Shown here piece by piece: positions 59,755 through 64,000 of a stretch of 64,000 nt of DNA (positions are counted from its first letter, which is position 1; every line of letters begins with the position of its first letter). Under the pieces are notes generated by a model. That model made no database searches and had not been told where the DNA came from. It worked only from the letters and a program-made list of their open reading frames with translations. A program made the position numbers and the translations under genes. The DNA comes from Eubacteriales bacterium (GTDB lineage Bacteria; Bacillota; Clostridia; Oscillospirales; CAG-272): contig JAZTXK010000055.1 in NCBI GenBank assembly GCA_045636385.1, positions 13,764-77,763 of the forward strand. The letters run 5' to 3'.

Positions 59755-61230
59755 TCAGTTCTTGAATGCGTCGGATTCGATAAGGGATTTGAGCAGTCTT
59801 TCAAATACAGCCTCAAAAGAGCCCGCGGTGGTCTGCCAGCCCTCGGTAGAGGTGCCCGCGAGAGCCTTTCTGATCGTGCGGTAGGTCTCGTAATCGAAGA
59901 TGTGGGTGAAGGTGCGTCCAACCTCAAAGGATACGCCGTCGCGGATATGGTCGATCATTCTCTGCGAGGTGGAGTCGGTGGTGTATCTGATCTTCATTGC
60001 TACCTCGTAGAGATTGGGAGTTACCTTGCGGTAGCTTTCGGATGCGAGAGCCTCGAGGGTGTATGCCGCAACCTCGGGGATATCGGTCGCGCGGGAGATA
60101 GCGTAAAGGGAATACTTATAGTTGAGAGTGGTGGAGTATTTCTCCTGTGCGGCGTCGTATTTCGGAATGGGAGCGATTCCGAAGTCGATTCCGCTGCCGG
60201 GGAGGTAGTTCATAGCGTAGTCGAGCGAATAGATAATAAAGAGGGAATCGCCGTCGGTGAAGGTGCTTTCATCCTTCTTGGAGTCGTTGAGCACCGAGTC
60301 GGTCTGACAGAATGCCGCCATCTTTTCGATGAGAGTCTGCGCCTTGTCGCCCTTCCAGCTGTCGGAGAGCGAGGGCTTATCCTCGTCGTTCTTGTCTACG
60401 AAGCGGAGATCCGAGCCGTAGAAAAGTGCCTCGACGGTAATGGCGTCGTGAACAAGACCGTATGTGATGCCGCCGCCTACTGACTCCGCGCCCTTGATAG
60501 CCGAGCCAAGCTCGATGAACTTATCGACCGTCCAATCGCCCGAATCGACAAGATCGTAAGGATTGGCGAGGCCGTTGTTGGTTATGATCTCCTTATTGAA
60601 GAACGTACCGTACATACGGAGCAGGTAGTTGGTCGAGATATCGCCGGTCGCAAAGTAAAGCTTGCCGTTGATGGTCGCCATATCGGTAAGGTCGGAGCCC
60701 CACCAGGGCATATCGAGCGCGAGCTTGTCAGAATACTCCATCAGGTCGAGCGCGTAGCCGTAGGTTGCCGCCATTGCGATGGTGGTCGAGTATGCCGAGA
60801 TAATGTCGTAAATGCAATCGCCCGAAAGGTCTGCGGCGATTATGTTGTTGAAGTCAGCGCGCTGACCGTAGTCACCCTTTTCGCCGATCCAATTGAAGGT
60901 GATGCCGAGGCGTTCCTCGACTGCAAGGTTTCTGTAATAGATCGAGGCGTTTACGCTGTCGCCGTCGTCCTCGGCAACGTATTCGACGTTCTTGGCGTTG
61001 TTCCAATAAAGGATGTCAACAGTCTCGCCGCCGTAATTGAGCTCGGGGATCTTGTCCTTAAGATAGCCGTTTTCATCCAAGGGATTTTCGGTCTCGGGAA
61101 CGGGCTCGGTCGTTGTTGCAGCCGAGGGAGCGGCGGTGGTAGTGTCGCCTCCGTTTCCGCTCTCCGCGCAGGCAACAGCCGCGGGCAGAAGCATCATAAG
61201 AGCCAAAATGAGCGATATGATCTTTTTCAT
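59755..61230 (-). CDS. ABC transporter extracellular solute-binding lipoprotein (carbohydrate type, family 1)
   Basis: LLPAAVAC lipobox; about 490 aa, typical of large sugar SBPs. No permease genes are adjacent in the window. Confidence 0.8.
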   Translation of the reverse strand: MKKIISLILALMMLLPAAVACAESGNGGDTTTAAPSAATTTEPVPETENPLDENGYLKDKIPELNYGGETVDILYWNNAKNVEYVAEDDGDSVNASIYYRNLAVEERLGITFNWIGEKGDYGQRADFNNIIAADLSGDCIYDIISAYSTTIAMAATYGYALDLMEYSDKLALDMPWWGSDLTDMATINGKLYFATGDISTNYLLRMYGTFFNKEIITNNGLANPYDLVDSGDWTVDKFIELGSAIKGAESVGGGITYGLVHDAITVEALFYGSDLRFVDKNDEDKPSLSDSWKGDKAQTLIEKMAAFCQTDSVLNDSKKDESTFTDGDSLFIIYSLDYAMNYLPGSGIDFGIAPIPKYDAAQEKYSTTLNYKYSLYAISRATDIPEVAAYTLEALASESYRKVTPNLYEVAMKIRYTTDSTSQRMIDHIRDGVSFEVGRTFTHIFDYETYRTIRKALAGTSTEGWQTTAGSFEAVFERLLKSLIESDAFKN

Positions 61231-61409
61231 AATTTTTCCTCCGTGGGGGTTATAATTTTACATCATAAATATACCATATTTTTTCGCCCGCGTAAATGGT
61301 AATACCGCCACAATTTTATGCCAAAAATGCCGAAAATACTTCAAAAATGCAAAAATGTACTTGAAAAATTATGTATTTTATTATATAATAAACGTATCAA
61401 TGCGAAAGG

Positions 61410-62318
61410 ATGGCGGATATGTCGGATTTCAAATACAGACAGCGAGTGCCGGGGGGCAAATGGCGGTCCTACGACTCTCCCGACGGCTTTTTGAAAAATG
61501 CAGAATATTATTCCGAAATAATCAAGAACTTCAAAGAGCACCCCGCCGTTGCGGTCTATCATATCGGCTTTTGCCGCCACAGCGCGGATGATAGATATTT
61601 CAACCACGTCACGCAGAGATATAAGCTCGTTTACGTTCTCGAGGGAAGCGGTTGGTTTAACGGTCTGCCCGTGCGGGTCGGCCAGGGCTTTCTGATGTGG
61701 CAGAATCACGTCAACAGTATGTCTGCAGACATCCGTGCGCCCTGGAAGTTCATTTACGTTTCCTTTTCGGGAAGCCTTGTCGAGGAGCTTTTGCTCCGCG
61801 CAGGCTTTACTCCCGAGGACACGATATTCGACGTTGAGGATATAGAGTCCGTCAAAGCGATCTGCGAGGACGTTGTTTACCGCACGCACCCCGAGCGCGT
61901 TACGGAAATGCATCTGCTCTCGGTGCTTTTCGATCTGCTTTCTCGCAATAAGGGCGCTGTTGCCGAAAAGGCGAATCGGCCGTCGGCTTCGGATATGAGC
62001 GACCACGTTTACCGCGCGGTCAAGTTTATGAGCAAAAATTACCGCTCGCAGATCGGTATATCAGACGTTGCCGCGGCGGCGCATATTTCGGAAAAATACC
62101 TGCGCGAGCTTTTCAAAAAGGAAACGGGAAAGTCGCTTCAAAGCTATTTGACCGACCTTCGTCTTGCGGCGGCAAAAACTCTGCTTTCAAATTCAAAATA
62201 CAATATCGGTGAGGTTGCTAATCTTTCGGGCTTTGCCGAATACAGAAATTTCGTCCGCATTTTCAAGGAAAGATACGGCATCACGCCAACCGAATACCGA
62301 ACGTCAAAATTGAGGTGA
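61410..62318 (+). CDS. AraC family transcriptional regulator (cupin-like N-terminus plus dual HTH)
   Basis: C-terminal ...ISDVAAAAHISEKYLRELFKK...IGEVANLSGFAEYRNFVRIFKERYGITPTEYR; alternative ATG at 61419. Confidence 0.88.
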   Translation: MADMSDFKYRQRVPGGKWRSYDSPDGFLKNAEYYSEIIKNFKEHPAVAVYHIGFCRHSADDRYFNHVTQRYKLVYVLEGSGWFNGLPVRVGQGFLMWQNHVNSMSADIRAPWKFIYVSFSGSLVEELLLRAGFTPEDTIFDVEDIESVKAICEDVVYRTHPERVTEMHLLSVLFDLLSRNKGAVAEKANRPSASDMSDHVYRAVKFMSKNYRSQIGISDVAAAAHISEKYLRELFKKETGKSLQSYLTDLRLAAAKTLLSNSKYNIGEVANLSGFAEYRNFVRIFKERYGITPTEYRTSKLR

Positions 62319-62322
62319 TATC

Positions 62323-63984
62323 TTGAAAAGATTTATTTTGCTGTTAAGTACATTGCTTTTGCTCTGCGGACTTATTGCATGCAACGAGTCCGATGCCGAG
62401 ACCACGCAAGCCGAAACCGAGGCTGAAGTCCCCGAAGCTACCTTTAGCCTTGTTGAAAACGGTGAGGCGGCTTACGCCATCATCCTTCCCGAGGGAAGCA
62501 GCGGCGAGATGCGCGAGGCGGTCAATTCCTTCGCCTCAAAGATTTCCGCGATCTACGGCGTGAAATTCGAGGTCAAAAAGAACAAGAATCTCGCCGAGGG
62601 CAAGCGTCTGATCACGGTCGGCGCCCAGGAGGACGGCACTCACGCCGATTTGTTTTCCGAGATTCCATACAACAAATACGCCGTAAGGCTGACGGACGAT
62701 GGTAACATCGCCGTGGTTGCCTGGAGTGTCTCGACTATTGGCGATGCCTGTTCGAAGCTCATTATGAAGCTTGAAAAATCATTTTCCGCGGGCGACACCG
62801 TTGGTACGCTGACGGAGGAATGGGAGCTTGACGGCAAGGACGCCTCGCTTCTCGACGCCGCAGTACCGAATTTTGCGCCGACGCAGATGCCGTGGCTTTA
62901 TCACGTTCAGGGCGCGCGCGGAGCATACGAGCTCTGCTTCAAGTCGAGCACGCTTGCCGATTGGAACGGTTATATTGGAATTCTTCAAGAAAACGGCTTT
63001 GAAATTCAAGGTAAAACCGAAAATTACGACGCAAGCTTTGCCGTGCTTCTCAAGGACGGCCTCGAGATAACTGTTGATTTTTGGAATAAAACGGGAGAGC
63101 TTATAGTCATCGTTGATAAGCCCGCAACAGAAAAGCCCTTTAAGTCCGAGGCTGTCAATGCAACGACCGTACCGAAGGTGATCGAGCCCGGACTTGAATA
63201 TGCGGGCGCACTCAAAGGTACTTGCTATGTCATTCAGGCGTCGGACGGAAGCTTCGTTATCGTTGACAGCGGCGACAGCGATCCGAAATTCCTTGACAGA
63301 CTATATTCTACGATGAAGCCGCTGATACCCGAGGGAGAAAAGCCGCATATCCGCGCGTGGTTCATAACGCACGCGCACGGCGACCATATGAGTGGACTCG
63401 TTGATATCGCGGAGAGCAAATACGCCTCGCTTATAGAATGCGATGCGGTTTATACGAATATGCCCTACGAATCATATCAGAAGGCTTACGATAAGAGCAC
63501 CTACGCCAACCGTATCTCAAAGCTTGAAAAGGCGGCAAAGACTCTCGGTGCGGATTACGTCACCGCGAGAACGGGACAGACCTATTATTTCGCCGATATC
63601 GAGATCTCCGTACTCGGAAGCGTTGACGATATGTTCCTTACCGAATATGATGACCTCGACCAGACGAGCCTTGTTTTCAGCGTGAAGGCGGGCGGCAAGA
63701 GACTGATCTTTTCGGGCGATTCGGGACCGGTTTATATCGGTCAGTATATAAATAAAAGGTATACCGCAGAGACACTCAAATGCGATATCGTTCAAGCAAC
63801 ATCGCACGGTCAGAACGGCGATGCACTTACGGCTTATTACAAAATGACCGATGCGGACTATTATCTTTGGTCGGCTACCAAGGAGTTTTACAATAAGCAT
63901 ACGCCCAATAAACATATCGAGGGCGATAAGAGTGCGAAAATAATATATTCGTTTGACGGCGCGTATACCGTCGAGCTTAAATGA
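62323..63984 (+). CDS. Lipoprotein: DUF4838-like N-terminal module plus metallo-beta-lactamase-fold domain
   Basis: TTG start behind GAGGTGA; LIAC lipobox; AAYAIILPEGSS...; HAHGDHMSG MBL motif. Confidence 0.75.
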   Translation: MKRFILLLSTLLLLCGLIACNESDAETTQAETEAEVPEATFSLVENGEAAYAIILPEGSSGEMREAVNSFASKISAIYGVKFEVKKNKNLAEGKRLITVGAQEDGTHADLFSEIPYNKYAVRLTDDGNIAVVAWSVSTIGDACSKLIMKLEKSFSAGDTVGTLTEEWELDGKDASLLDAAVPNFAPTQMPWLYHVQGARGAYELCFKSSTLADWNGYIGILQENGFEIQGKTENYDASFAVLLKDGLEITVDFWNKTGELIVIVDKPATEKPFKSEAVNATTVPKVIEPGLEYAGALKGTCYVIQASDGSFVIVDSGDSDPKFLDRLYSTMKPLIPEGEKPHIRAWFITHAHGDHMSGLVDIAESKYASLIECDAVYTNMPYESYQKAYDKSTYANRISKLEKAAKTLGADYVTARTGQTYYFADIEISVLGSVDDMFLTEYDDLDQTSLVFSVKAGGKRLIFSGDSGPVYIGQYINKRYTAETLKCDIVQATSHGQNGDALTAYYKMTDADYYLWSATKEFYNKHTPNKHIEGDKSAKIIYSFDGAYTVELK

Positions 63985-64000
63985 GAGGGAACAAATGAAA

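Noticed and set aside
1-64000. Search by eye for tRNA, rRNA, CRISPR, transposase, integrase, phage or toxin-antitoxin genes, and for known riboswitch cores upstream of cysK, the ZIP gene, trkH and the ABC genes.
   Set aside because: I recognised none. The leaders are too short (cysK, trkH) or lack the conserved cores I remember. A covariance-model scan is still needed for certainty.

Overview
The window looks like chromosomal DNA from a spore-forming anaerobic Firmicute (Clostridia-like). This call rests on spoIVB, an Rnf operon, split transketolase, very consensus TTGACA-17-TATAAT promoters and strong GGAGG ribosome-binding sites. I support about 55 protein-coding genes in alternating strand blocks. 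I recognised no rRNA, tRNA, CRISPR array, transposase, integrase or phage gene. Recognisable content:
- a cytoplasmic carbohydrate cluster (HpcH aldolase, sialidase-like BNR protein, PHP and metallophosphoesterase, DUF2961/GH172)
- SpoIVB
- a MarR-controlled heterodimeric ABC exporter with a translationally coupled nuclease-like gene
- cysK
- a TetR/acyl-CoA synthetase operon
- dat and split transketolase
- a ZIP metal transporter
- an N-terminally extended ABC transporter paired with a DUF1854 protein
- an MFS-GH2 fusion gene with an AIM24-family gene
- TrkH/TrkA
- an MBOAT/DHHW pair
- a ParE/GyrB-like subunit
- MATE and an M48 protease
- rnfDGEAB without rnfC in the window
- sugar-binding, AraC and MBL lipoprotein genes.

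The most unusual material:
1. An accessory 5-gene surface/membrane operon (19053-24976) bounded by two paralogous surface-protein genes with near-identical 5' modules.
2. A 155-bp highly structured direct repeat flanking a LamG surface-protein gene.
3. Intergenic heptamer microsatellites plus arrays of unrelated perfect hairpins around cysK, the ZIP gene and an aminotransferase gene remnant.
4. A transporter-glycosidase fusion.
5. An Rnf operon lacking rnfC, with a double-FMN-domain RnfG.

No candidate can be proven to be a new system from sequence alone. All family assignments are motif recognition by eye, not database searches.
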